NCBI GenBank assembly: GCA_036497565.1
Contig: DASXJE010000018.1
Location: forward strand, 5,313 to 69,312
DNA: 64,000 nucleotides
Direction: 5' to 3'
Origin: Mycobacteriales bacterium
Lineage (GTDB): Bacteria; Actinomycetota; Actinomycetes; Mycobacteriales; QHCD01
Positions 47,847-58,162 of the stretch are shown in pieces; the first letter of the stretch is position 1; the number at the start of each line of letters is the position of its first letter. The translations under genes and the position numbers were made by a program. Under the pieces are notes generated by a model, which saw only the letters and a list, made by a program, of their open reading frames with translations, ran no database searches and was not told the origin of the DNA.

Positions 47847-48373
47847 TGAGCAGGCACACGCTGTCCGTCCTGGTGGAGAACAAGCCCGGCGTGCTCGCCC
47901 GCGTCGCCGGCTTGTTCAGCCGGCGCGGCTTCAACATCGAGTCGCTCGCGGTCGGGCCGACCGAGGTCGCCGAGATCTCCCGGATGACGATCGTGGTCAA
48001 CGTCGAGGAGCAGCCGCTCGAGCAGGTCACGAAGCAGCTGAACAAGCTCATCAACGTCCTCAAGATCGTCGAGCTGGAGTCGGCTCAGGTCGTGCAGCGC
48101 GAACTGCTGCTGGTGAAGGTGCGCGTCGACGCATCCGTGCGCAGCCAGGTGCTGGAGACGGCACAGCTGTTCCGGGCCCGGGTCGTCGACGTCGGCACCG
48201 AGGCCGTCACGATCGAGGCGACCGGGACCGTGGACAAGCTCGACGCCCTGCTCAAGGTCCTCGAGCCCTACGGCGTCCGGGAGATGGTGCAGTCGGGCAT
48301 GGTCGCGATCGGCCGTGGTCCGCGCTCCATCACCAGCGCCGCCGGGCTGCGCCCGGTCGAACGCAGCGCCTGA
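47846..48373 (+). CDS. ilvN: Acetolactate synthase small subunit
   Basis: LSVLVENKPGVLARVAGLFSRRGFNIESL. Confidence 0.96.
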   Translation: MSRHTLSVLVENKPGVLARVAGLFSRRGFNIESLAVGPTEVAEISRMTIVVNVEEQPLEQVTKQLNKLINVLKIVELESAQVVQRELLLVKVRVDASVRSQVLETAQLFRARVVDVGTEAVTIEATGTVDKLDALLKVLEPYGVREMVQSGMVAIGRGPRSITSAAGLRPVERSA

Positions 48374-48427
48374 ACCCCGTCGTTTCCCGTCGCCACACTT
48401 CCGACATCCTGAAGACCGAAATCCTGA

Positions 48428-49459
<1,032 letters not shown>

Positions 49460-49490
49460 CCGACGGGGCGCCGCCCACCGATCGGTGACA

Positions 49491-49514
49491 CGCCGCGCGG
49501 CTTCCCGCGCGGCG
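49491..49514 (+). terminator. GC-rich hairpin after ilvC (possible terminator lacking a U-tract)
   Basis: CGCCGCGCGG-CTTC-CCGCGCGGCG, a perfect 10-bp stem. Confidence 0.45.
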
Positions 49515-49580
49515 CGGCTCCCGGGTGCATGATCTTTCCGCAGTGCCCTGCGGCGCCCGGATCTGAAGGTGGTGGTGCGC

Positions 49581-51278
49581 ATGCCGCACGTCTTGGCTGC
49601 TACCACCCGCCTCGATGTCAACTCGCTCGACTACACGATCCTGGCGATCTACTTCGTGCTCGTCGTCACGATCGGGATCCTGGCCCGGCGGGCGATCGCC
49701 ACCAGCGAGGACTTCTTCCTGTCCGGACGCTCGCTGCCCGCGTGGGTGACCGGCCTGGCCTTCATCTCGGCCAACCTCGGGGCGATCGAGATCCTCGGCA
49801 TGGCTGCGAACGGTGGCCAGTACGGCTGGTCCACCGTGCACTTCTACTGGATCGGCGCCGTACCGGCGATGATCTTCCTCGGCCTGGTCATGATGCCGTT
49901 CTACTACGGCTCACGGGTGCACAGCGTGCCCGAATACCTGCGCCGCCGGTACAACGTCCCGGCACACATCCTGAACGCGTTGAGCTTCGCGCTCGCGCAG
50001 GTGCTCACCGCAGGCGTCAACCTGTACGCGCTCGCACTGGTGATCCAGAGCCTGCTCGGCTGGCCGATTCCGCTCGCGATCGTCGTCGCGGCGGCGTTCG
50101 TGCTCGCCTACATCACCCTCGGCGGGCTCTCCGGCGCGATCTACAACGAGGTCATGCAGTTCTTCGTCATCATCGCCGGACTGCTCCCGATCGTCATCGT
50201 CGGCCTGATCTCCGTCGGCGGGTGGAGCGGCCTCGAGAACAAGATCAACAACGGTACGGCGCTGGCCGGTAAGGCATTCGCCACGTGGAAGGGCACCGGT
50301 ATCCCGTGGAGCAACCCGCTCGGTGACTGGATCGGCATCGTCTTCGGTCTCGGCTTCGTCCTCTCCTTCGGCTACTGGACGACGAACTTCACCGAGGTGC
50401 AGCGGGCGTTGTCGGCCAAGGACCTCTCCGCCGCCCAGCGCACTCCGCTGATCGGGGCCTTCCCGAAGATCTTCATCCCGTTCCTGACCATCATCCCCGG
50501 GCTCATCGCCCTGGTCGTGATCCCGCACTTCGGAACCGGATCGAAGACCTACAACGACGCGATCCCGCTGTTGATGGGCAAGTTCCTGCCCAACGGCGTG
50601 CTCGGCATCGCGCTCACCGGGCTACTGGCGGCATTCATGGCGGGTATGGCCGCCAACGTGAGTTCCTTCAACACGGTCTTCACCTACGACCTGTGGATGC
50701 CCTACATCAGACGCGGCCGGCCCGACCGCTACTACCTCAACGTCGGGCGCATCGTCACCGTGGTCGGCGTCGTGATCGGCATCGGGACGGCGTTCATCGC
50801 CTCCGGCTACAGCAACATCATGAACTACATCCAGTTGCTCTTCTCCTTCTTCAACGCACCGTTGTTCGCGACCTTCATCATCGGCATGTTCTGGAAGCGC
50901 ACGTCGATCGTGTCCGGCTTCTGGGGCCTGCTGTCCGGCACGATCGCGGCCGGCGTCATGCACTTCGTCGGCTACAACATCAGCTACTTCTACCCCGGCG
51001 GCCACTACGACCCGACGCACAAGCTGGTCAACGCCCAGATGCTCAACTTCTACGGCGCGATCGCGGCGTTCGTCATCGACGCCGTGGTCACCGTCGGGGT
51101 GACCCTGTTCACCAAGCCGAAGCCGGTCGCGGAGCTCGCCGGACTGGTCTACGGCGTACCCGATCCGAGCGCGCCTGATCCCAAGTCCGTCCCGAAGCCG
51201 GAATGGTGGCGTTCGCCGAAGCTCTTGGGCTTCACGGCGTTGGGCATCACACTGGCCCTGTCGCTGATATTCGTCTGA
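49581..51278 (+). CDS. Sodium:solute symporter family protein (sugar-type)
   Basis: FFLSGRSLPAWVTG, SANLGAIEILG and YWTTNFTEVQRALSAKD motifs; about 14 TM. Alternative GTG start at 49569. Confidence 0.9.
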   Translation: MPHVLAATTRLDVNSLDYTILAIYFVLVVTIGILARRAIATSEDFFLSGRSLPAWVTGLAFISANLGAIEILGMAANGGQYGWSTVHFYWIGAVPAMIFLGLVMMPFYYGSRVHSVPEYLRRRYNVPAHILNALSFALAQVLTAGVNLYALALVIQSLLGWPIPLAIVVAAAFVLAYITLGGLSGAIYNEVMQFFVIIAGLLPIVIVGLISVGGWSGLENKINNGTALAGKAFATWKGTGIPWSNPLGDWIGIVFGLGFVLSFGYWTTNFTEVQRALSAKDLSAAQRTPLIGAFPKIFIPFLTIIPGLIALVVIPHFGTGSKTYNDAIPLLMGKFLPNGVLGIALTGLLAAFMAGMAANVSSFNTVFTYDLWMPYIRRGRPDRYYLNVGRIVTVVGVVIGIGTAFIASGYSNIMNYIQLLFSFFNAPLFATFIIGMFWKRTSIVSGFWGLLSGTIAAGVMHFVGYNISYFYPGGHYDPTHKLVNAQMLNFYGAIAAFVIDAVVTVGVTLFTKPKPVAELAGLVYGVPDPSAPDPKSVPKPEWWRSPKLLGFTALGITLALSLIFV

Positions 51279-51297
51279 CCGAGGGGAGGCGCCACCG

Positions 51298-51600
51298 ATG
51301 GAGATCGACAGCAAGGAAGAGGAAAAGGCCAGCGCATCATCCAATCTCTTCGACCTGCGGATGATCATCGGTGGACTCTTCACTCTCTACGGCATAATCC
51401 TCACGATCGTGGGGGCCTTGGACAGCGCGGCCGAGGTCGACAAGGCGGCCGGAGTCCGGATCAATCTCTGGATGGGTCTCGGGATGCTCCTCCTCGGCTT
51501 GTTGTTCCTGCTGTGGGTGTGGCTGCGCCCGCTGCACCCCGGGACGTCGGACTCCACGCCGCCGGCCCCGAGCGATGCCGGGGCGCCCGAGCGCACGTGA
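51298..51600 (+). CDS. Small two-TM membrane protein following the symporter
   Basis: LFDLRMIIGGLFTLYG...INLWMG; GGGAGG RBS. Confidence 0.8.
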   Translation: MEIDSKEEEKASASSNLFDLRMIIGGLFTLYGIILTIVGALDSAAEVDKAAGVRINLWMGLGMLLLGLLFLLWVWLRPLHPGTSDSTPPAPSDAGAPERT

Positions 51601-51611
51601 AAGTCTTCACA
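51596..51611. promoter_or_regulatory. Putative CRP/GlxR site upstream of serA
   Basis: CGTGA-N6-TCACA, overlapping the expected -35 of the TAGACT (51621-51626) promoter. Confidence 0.5.
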
Positions 51612-51632
51612 AGCCCTCGGTAGACTGCGGGC

Positions 51633-53267
51633 GTGACCAATCCGCCCGCCGCATCAGCCAGCAAGACGGGGGCCGCCCGGGCCGTCGTCCTCGTCGCCGA
51701 CCAGCTCGCTCCGGCCGCACTCGACGTCCTCGCGAAGGACTTCGACGTCCGTCAGGTCGACGGGACCGATCGGCCCGCGCTGCTGGCCGCGATCACCGAC
51801 GCCGACGCCGTACTCGTGCGCAGCGCGACCACGATCGACGCGGAGGCACTGGCCGCCGGGAGTCGGCTGAAGGTCGTCGCCCGGGCCGGGATCGGGCTGG
51901 ACAACGTCGACGTCGCGACCGCCACCACGCGCGGCGTGATGGTCGTCAACGCGCCCACCTCCAACATCCTCAGCGCGGCCGAGCACGCGGTCGCCCTGCT
52001 GCTGGCCGTCGCCCGACACGTGCCCGCCGCCGACGCGTCCCTCAAGAGCGGTGCCTGGAAGCGGTCCGCCTTCACCGGCGTCGAGGTCGCCGACAAGACG
52101 ATCGGCGTGGTCGGCCTGGGTCGGATCGGCGTCCTGGTCGCCCAGCGACTCGCGGCCTTCGGCACCCGCCTGATCGCCTACGACCCCTACGTCCCGCCGG
52201 CCCGGGCCGCGCAGGTCGGCGTACAGCTCGTCTCCCTTCCGGAACTGCTCGCCGAGAGCGACTTCATCACGATCCACCTCCCCAAGTCGCCGGAGACGCT
52301 CGGCCTGATCGGTGCCGAGGAGCTCGCGGCCGCGAAACCCGGCATCCGGATCATCAACGCCGCCCGCGGCGGGCTGGTCGACGAGCAGGCGCTGGCCGAC
52401 GCGATCGCGTCCGGTCACGTCGCCGGAGCCGGGATCGACGTCTTCGCGACCGAGCCGACCACCGACAGCCCGCTGTTCGGGCTGCCCGGAGTCGTCGTCA
52501 CCCCGCACCTGGGGGCGTCCACCCGTGAGGCGCAGGACAAGGCGGGTCTGGCCGTCGCCCGGTCGGTGAAGCTGGCCCTCGACGGCGAGTTCGTCGCCGA
52601 CGCGGTCAACGTGCAGGCCGCCGGAGTCGTCGCGGAGGAGATCCGTCCGGCGCTGCCACTGGTCGAGAAGCTGGGGCGGGTCTTCACCGCGATCGCCGGC
52701 GGCGTCGCCGCGAGCATCTCGGTCGAGATCCGCGGCGAGATCACCTCCTACGACGTCGGCGTTCTGCAACTGGCCGCGCTCAAAGGTGTGTTCGCCGACG
52801 TCGTCGAGGAGCAGGTGACCTTCGTCAATGCGCCGATCCTCGCCAAGGACCGCGGCGTCGACGTGGGCCTCGCCACGTACGCCGAGAGCGAGGACTACCG
52901 AAACCTGGTCACGGTGCGTGGCGTCCTCCCCAACGGCGAGCAGGTCAGCGTGTCGGGCACGCTCACCGGCCCCAAGCAGGTCGAGAAGTTGACCGAGATC
53001 AACGGCTTCGACGTCGACCTGCCGCCGGAGGACCACCTGCTCTTCTTCCGCTACCACGACCGGCCCGGCGTGGTCGGGATGGTCGGCGTGCAGCTCGGTG
53101 AGGCCGGCGTCAACATCGCCGGCGCGCAGGTCAGCCGGAGCCGGCGCGGCGGCGAGGCACTGATGGCGCTCGCGGTCGATTCCGCCGTTCCCGCCGACCT
53201 GCTTGCCGACATCGCCCGCGAGATCGGGGCCGAGGACGCGCGCAGCGCCGACCTCGACGGTGAGTGA
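51633..53267 (+). CDS. serA: D-3-phosphoglycerate dehydrogenase
   Basis: RAGIGLDNVD, GLGRIG, NAARGGLVDE and TPHLGAST motifs; C-terminal ACT domain. Confidence 0.96.
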   Translation: MTNPPAASASKTGAARAVVLVADQLAPAALDVLAKDFDVRQVDGTDRPALLAAITDADAVLVRSATTIDAEALAAGSRLKVVARAGIGLDNVDVATATTRGVMVVNAPTSNILSAAEHAVALLLAVARHVPAADASLKSGAWKRSAFTGVEVADKTIGVVGLGRIGVLVAQRLAAFGTRLIAYDPYVPPARAAQVGVQLVSLPELLAESDFITIHLPKSPETLGLIGAEELAAAKPGIRIINAARGGLVDEQALADAIASGHVAGAGIDVFATEPTTDSPLFGLPGVVVTPHLGASTREAQDKAGLAVARSVKLALDGEFVADAVNVQAAGVVAEEIRPALPLVEKLGRVFTAIAGGVAASISVEIRGEITSYDVGVLQLAALKGVFADVVEEQVTFVNAPILAKDRGVDVGLATYAESEDYRNLVTVRGVLPNGEQVSVSGTLTGPKQVEKLTEINGFDVDLPPEDHLLFFRYHDRPGVVGMVGVQLGEAGVNIAGAQVSRSRRGGEALMALAVDSAVPADLLADIAREIGAEDARSADLDGE

Positions 53268-53306
53268 CCTCTAGCGCGGATTCGACGGACCGGTAGCCTG
53301 CCAGCC

Positions 53307-54335
53307 ATGAAACTCGCGGTGATCCCGGGCGACGGTGTCGGCCCGGAAGTGGTCGCGGAGGGCCTGAAGGTCCTGCGCGAGGCAGTCCCCGACGTCGAGA
53401 CGACGCGCTACGACCTCGGCGCCGCGCGGTGGCAGCGCACCGGGGAGTTGCTGCCCGACTCCGTGCTGGGGGAGTTGCGGGCGCACGACGCGATCCTGCT
53501 CGGTGCCGTCGGCGATCCCGCCGTACCCAGCGGAATCCTCGAGCGCGGACTGCTGCTGCGGCTGCGTTTCGAACTCGATCACCACGTCAACCTGCGCCCG
53601 GTGCGGCTCTTCCCGGGGGTGACGTCGTCGCTGGCCGGCTCGCCCGAGATCGACATGATCGTCGTCCGCGAGGGCACCGAGGGTCCCTACGCCGGCACCG
53701 GCGGGGTCCTGCGCAAGGACACCCCGCACGAGATCGCGACCGAGGTCAGCCTCAACACTGCGTACGGCGTGCACAGGGTCGTCCGCGACGCGTTCCAGCG
53801 CGCGGCGGGCCGTCCCAAGAAGCATCTGACCCTGGTGCACAAGACCAATGTGCTCGTCAACGCCGGTTCCCTGTGGGCGCGGGCCGTCGAGGAGATCGGT
53901 AGCGACTACCCCGAGGTGACGGTCGCCTACCAGCACGTCGACGCCGCGTCGATGTACTTCGTCACCGACCCGTCCCGGTTCGACGTGGTGGTCACCGACA
54001 ACCTCTTCGGCGACATCCTCACCGACCTCGGCGCCGCGATCACCGGCGGCATCGGACTCGCCGCGAGCGGAAACCTCGACGTGAGCGGGGCCAACCCGAG
54101 CATGTTCGAGCCGGTGCACGGCAGCGCCCCGGACATTGCCGGCACCGGTGTGGCCGACCCGACCGCGACGGTGCTGTCGGTGGCCCTCATGCTCGATCAC
54201 CTCGGGCACGGCGACCAGGCCCGGCGGATCGAGGCCGGGGTCGCCTTCGACCTCGCCACGCGCGACCATTCCGCGCTCGGCCGGACGGTGGAGATCGGCG
54301 ACCGGCTCGCGGCGCTGGCCAGCAAGGCGGGATAG
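53307..54335 (+). CDS. leuB: 3-isopropylmalate dehydrogenase
   Basis: [25 protein letters not shown] and [13 protein letters not shown] motifs. Confidence 0.93.
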   Translation: MKLAVIPGDGVGPEVVAEGLKVLREAVPDVETTRYDLGAARWQRTGELLPDSVLGELRAHDAILLGAVGDPAVPSGILERGLLLRLRFELDHHVNLRPVRLFPGVTSSLAGSPEIDMIVVREGTEGPYAGTGGVLRKDTPHEIATEVSLNTAYGVHRVVRDAFQRAAGRPKKHLTLVHKTNVLVNAGSLWARAVEEIGSDYPEVTVAYQHVDAASMYFVTDPSRFDVVVTDNLFGDILTDLGAAITGGIGLAASGNLDVSGANPSMFEPVHGSAPDIAGTGVADPTATVLSVALMLDHLGHGDQARRIEAGVAFDLATRDHSALGRTVEIGDRLAALASKAG

Positions 54336-54421
54336 CTTCCCCGTACGCCCACCCGTCGCTCCGGTCGGCCGTAACGTGTGATGCAATCGTCGCGAATCGG
54401 TCGTGTGTCAAAGGAGTCGTT

Positions 54422-55348
54422 GTGCCCATCACGCCCACCTCGAAGATCTGGATGAACGGAACGCTCGTCGACTGGGACGACGCGACAATCCACGTCCTGA
54501 ACCCAACCATGCACTACGGATGGGGCGTCTTCGAGGGTATCCGGGCATACGCGACAGACAAGGGTCCGGCCGTCTTCCGGCTCACCGACCACATCGCCCG
54601 GCTGTACCGGTCCGCGCGGATCTACCTGCTGGAGCCGGAGTTCACCCCGGAGCAGCTCGTCGCCGCGACGAAGGAGACGGTGCGGGTCAACGACGTCGAG
54701 GCGTGCTACATCCGGCCGATCTTCTACCTCGGCTACGGCGAGATGGGGCTCAACCCGCTGCCCAGCAAGACCGAGGTGTCGATCGCGGTGTGGCCGTGGG
54801 GCTCCTACCTGGGCGAGGAGGCCAAGAACGCCGGCTGCCGGGCCGCGACCTCGAGTTGGCAGCACATCAACCACAACTCGATCCCGCCCACCGGCAAGGG
54901 CACCGGGCAGTACATGAATTCCTCCCTGGCCAAGGTGCAGGCACTCAAGGCCGGCTACGACGAGGCGATCCTGCTCAGCCCCGCCGGCCACGTCGTGCAG
55001 GGCACCGGCGAGAACATCTTCATCGTCTCCGATCGCACCGTGATCACTCCGCCGACCAGCGACGGGCTGCTGCAGGGGATCACCCGCGAGTCGGTCATGA
55101 CGATCGCCCGCGACCAGGGCTACGACGTGGTCGAGCGCAGCATCGTGCGCACCGACCTCTACCAGGCCGACGAGGCGTTCTTCACCGGCACCGCCGCCGA
55201 GTTGGTGCCGATCGCCGAGGTCGACGACCGGCCGGTCGGCCCCGGCAAGGTCGGCCCGATCACCCGCGAGATCGCCGAGATCTTCAGCGCCGCGACCGTC
55301 GGCGAGGTCGACCTCTACAAGTCGTGGAACGAGTACGTCCGCGACTGA
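54422..55348 (+). CDS. ilvE: Branched-chain amino acid aminotransferase
   Basis: HYGWGVFEGIRAY, GENIF, LQGITR and EAFFTGTAAE motifs. Confidence 0.93.
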   Translation: MPITPTSKIWMNGTLVDWDDATIHVLNPTMHYGWGVFEGIRAYATDKGPAVFRLTDHIARLYRSARIYLLEPEFTPEQLVAATKETVRVNDVEACYIRPIFYLGYGEMGLNPLPSKTEVSIAVWPWGSYLGEEAKNAGCRAATSSWQHINHNSIPPTGKGTGQYMNSSLAKVQALKAGYDEAILLSPAGHVVQGTGENIFIVSDRTVITPPTSDGLLQGITRESVMTIARDQGYDVVERSIVRTDLYQADEAFFTGTAAELVPIAEVDDRPVGPGKVGPITREIAEIFSAATVGEVDLYKSWNEYVRD

Positions 55349-55398
55349 TCGGCCGGCCCGCGGCGCCATGCCCGGTCCGATGGACCGGCGGCTGCGGT

Positions 55399-55645
55399 CG
55401 ACATCGTGCGCTGTACTCGCATAAATGCCGCCGGGATGCGAGTAGCACGCACGATGTCGCGGGTGGCGGCCTGCTCACCCATCGACATCGGACGATGTAC
55501 TCGCATTTCGAGGCGTCTTTTGCGAGTAGAGCGTCCGATGATGGCGGCGGGTCTCCGCTGACGGCGTCAGATCGCCGGCCGGGGCGACATCGTGCGCCGT
55601 ACTCGCACAAATGCCGCCGGGATGCGAGTAGGACGCACGATGATG
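55399..55645. repeat. Palindromic repeat family B, three copies (55399, 55483, 55585)
   Basis: About 61-bp units: CGACATCG..CG-N3-TACTCGC-N17-GCGAGTA-N3-CG..CGATG. A fourth copy is at 27643. Confidence 0.88.
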
Positions 55646-55719
55646 GCGGCGGGGCCCGATCGGCGACCCACGCGGCCACAGGGAAAGCGCCCAACGGGTG
55701 CCGATATCTCGCAGACTGG

Positions 55720-55746
55720 TGTCGATACGGCGCGATGCCGTCCGTC
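55720..55746 (+). promoter_or_regulatory. ECF42-type promoter
   Basis: TGTCGA-N17-CGTC matches the ECF42 consensus as recalled (TGTCGA / CGA or CGTC-type -10), upstream of the YciI-sigma pair. Confidence 0.6.
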
Positions 55747-55797
55747 GGTACTAGTGAGAGGCCCGGCACGCGGGCCACGGAGTAAGGGGACAGCGCT

Positions 55798-56145
55798 ATG
55801 GCGGAGTACCTGATCCTTATCTACGGCGACGAGCAGGTGTGGAGCAAAGCCACCGAGGCCGAGTTGGAACAGCTCATGAAGGGCCACATGGCCTTCGGCG
55901 AGAAGCACCACGATGTCCTGCGCGGCGGCAATGCCCTGCAGTCCACGCAGACCGCGACGTCGATCCGCAGAAACGGCTCGGGCGCTGCGGCGGTCACCGA
56001 CGGCGCATTCGCCGAGACGAAAGAAGCCCTCGGCGGCTACTACCTCGTCGAGGCCGCGAACCTCGACGACGCGCTGGCGATCGCCAAGGACGTTCCGGCC
56101 GACCACGGCGGCGTCGAGGTCCGCCCGATCCAGGTTTTCGACTGA
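55798..56145 (+). CDS. YciI/DGPF-family protein
   Basis: TDGAFAETKEALGGYY and GVEVRP motifs. Confidence 0.9.
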   Translation: MAEYLILIYGDEQVWSKATEAELEQLMKGHMAFGEKHHDVLRGGNALQSTQTATSIRRNGSGAAAVTDGAFAETKEALGGYYLVEAANLDDALAIAKDVPADHGGVEVRPIQVFD

Positions 56146-57419
56146 CCGGCACCGCACTACCTGTTGATCCGGGGGTCGCGGCTGCGGTCGCGGACGCGCA
56201 CCGTCGCGAGTGGGCATTCGTGCTCGCGGCGACGGTGCGCGTCACCCGGGATCTTGATCTGGCCGAGGAGTGCGTGCAGGACGCGTATGCCCAGGCCCTG
56301 GTGACGTGGGGGGACCGGGGGATACCGGACAACTGCGGGGGCTGGCTCACCACCGTCGCCCGGCGTAAGGCGCTGGATCTCCTCCGCCGCGACGCGACGC
56401 TACGACGCACCCTTCCACTGCTGCTCGACGACCAGGTCGAGGCCGGCCCGGACGACGTCGTCTCGACGGAACACGAGATCGTCGACGACCGGCTGCGGCT
56501 GGTTTTCACCTGCTGCCACCCGGCGATCGCCCAGGAGGCGCAGGTCGCGCTGACCCTCCGCCTGCTCTGCGGGTTGACCACTGCGGAGGTCGCCCGCGCC
56601 TTCCTGGTCGGTACGCCGACGATGGCCGCCCGGCTCACGCGGGCGAAGAAGAAGATCGCCGCCGCGCGCATCCCCTACCGCGTGCCGCCGGCCGAGGAGT
56701 TGCCGGCCCGCATCGACTCGGTCCTCACCGTCGTACATCTGCTCTTCACCACCGGCCACACCGCGCCTGCGGGCGCCGACCTGATCCGTCGCGACCTCGT
56801 CGAGCGCGCGCTCGACCTCGCCCGGATGCTCCGGACGCTGCTGCCCGCCGACCCCGACGTGGCCGGCCTGCTGGCGCTGATCCTGCTGACGGACGCGAGA
56901 CGTGACGCCCGCGTCGCCGACGACGGCCGCATGCTGCTGCTCGCCGAGCAGGATCGCACCCGGTGGGACCGGGGCGCGATCACCGAGGGCGTGGCGTTGG
57001 TGCGCGAAGCGCTCCGGAGCCGGCCACCCGGGCGGTTCGCGCTGATGGCGGCGATCGCGGCCGTGCATTGCGAGGCTCCGAGCTGGCCGGACACCGACTG
57101 GCGTGAGGTGGTGGCGCTCTACGACCTGCTGGTCGCGCTCTGGCCGTCCCCGGTCGTCGCGCTCAACCGGGCCGCCGCCGTCGGGCTCGCCGACGGACCC
57201 GCGGCCGGTCTCGCCGCGCTGGACGCGCTCGCCGACGAGCCGCAGCTCGCGGGTTACAGCTACCTCGCCGCGGCACGGGCGGACTTCCTGCGCCGGCTCG
57301 GCCGTCCCGCGGAGGCGAAAGAGGCCTACGCAGAGGCCCTGCTGCTGACCGAGAACGCCGTAGAACGGGACTTCCTCACCGCGCGGGTCGACGAGCTCGA
57401 CCGCAGCCGGCCGGATTAA
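56142..57419 (+). CDS. ECF42-type sigma factor with C-terminal TPR-like extension (start codon uncertain, CTG proposed)
   Basis: AEECVQDA, WLTTVARRKALD, DDRLRLVFTCCHP, QDRTRWD and SPVVALNRA motifs; linked to a YciI gene. Confidence 0.85.
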   Translation: MTGTALPVDPGVAAAVADAHRREWAFVLAATVRVTRDLDLAEECVQDAYAQALVTWGDRGIPDNCGGWLTTVARRKALDLLRRDATLRRTLPLLLDDQVEAGPDDVVSTEHEIVDDRLRLVFTCCHPAIAQEAQVALTLRLLCGLTTAEVARAFLVGTPTMAARLTRAKKKIAAARIPYRVPPAEELPARIDSVLTVVHLLFTTGHTAPAGADLIRRDLVERALDLARMLRTLLPADPDVAGLLALILLTDARRDARVADDGRMLLLAEQDRTRWDRGAITEGVALVREALRSRPPGRFALMAAIAAVHCEAPSWPDTDWREVVALYDLLVALWPSPVVALNRAAAVGLADGPAAGLAALDALADEPQLAGYSYLAAARADFLRRLGRPAEAKEAYAEALLLTENAVERDFLTARVDELDRSRPD

Positions 57420-57423
57420 CCGG

Positions 57424-58125
57424 GTGACGGCCCGGACGGACATCCGCGACACTGCGACCATGTTGTCCCAGCACTGGCCGCTCGCCGACCTGCGTCTCCG
57501 CACGCCGCGACTGGAGCTGTTCCTGCCGTCCCTCGGGCAGCTGGCCGACCTTGCCGACCTGGCCGCCGAAGGCATCCACGACCCGGCGTTCATGCCGTTC
57601 CTGCAGCCGTGGACCGACGAGTCGCCCGAGCAGCGCGCCCGCGGCACGATCCAGTACCACTGGCGGCAGTGGGCCTCCTGGACGCCGCAGCGGTGGAGCC
57701 TCGAACTCGTCGTCGCCCGGGACGGTGTCGTCGTCGGGACCCAGAGCATCGGCGGCAACGACTTCGGCGTGCTGCGCGAGGTGGGCACCGGCTCGTGGCT
57801 CGGCCGGAAGTACCACGGGGAGGGGATCGGCACCGAGATGCGGGCCGCCGTCCTGCATCTGGCTTTTGCCGGACTCGGCGCGCACTGGGCCAACTCCGGT
57901 GCCTTCGCCGACAACGCCGCGTCGCTCGCCGTCTCCCGCAAGCTCGGTTACGTCGAGAACGGCTATTCGCGTCACGTACGGCGCGGCGAACCCGTCGACG
58001 AGGTGGGATTCCGGATGAGTCGCGCCGACTGGGAGAGCCATCGCCGTACTCCGGTGGAGATCGACGGGCTCGAACCATGTCTGCCGATGTTCGGTCTCGG
58101 CGGCGCCGAGGAGACGGCGCGGTAG
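57424..58125 (+). CDS. RimJ/RimL-type GNAT acetyltransferase
   Basis: [25 protein letters not shown] and [13 protein letters not shown] motifs. Confidence 0.88.
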   Translation: MTARTDIRDTATMLSQHWPLADLRLRTPRLELFLPSLGQLADLADLAAEGIHDPAFMPFLQPWTDESPEQRARGTIQYHWRQWASWTPQRWSLELVVARDGVVVGTQSIGGNDFGVLREVGTGSWLGRKYHGEGIGTEMRAAVLHLAFAGLGAHWANSGAFADNAASLAVSRKLGYVENGYSRHVRRGEPVDEVGFRMSRADWESHRRTPVEIDGLEPCLPMFGLGGAEETAR

Positions 58126-58162
58126 CCTCGCCGGGAGTCGAGATCCCATGGCGGAGGTGCCG

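Noticed and set aside
55399-55645. CRISPR array
   Set aside because: Only three units of about 61 bp, with uneven periods (84 and 102 bp) and divergent sequences, and no cas genes in the window. Better explained as REP-like hairpins.
56142-57419. Sigma factor as a frameshifted fusion or pseudogene with YciI
   Set aside because: Both frames are intact and full length, and no slippery sequence is evident. The only anomaly is the start codon, which is reported as a finding.
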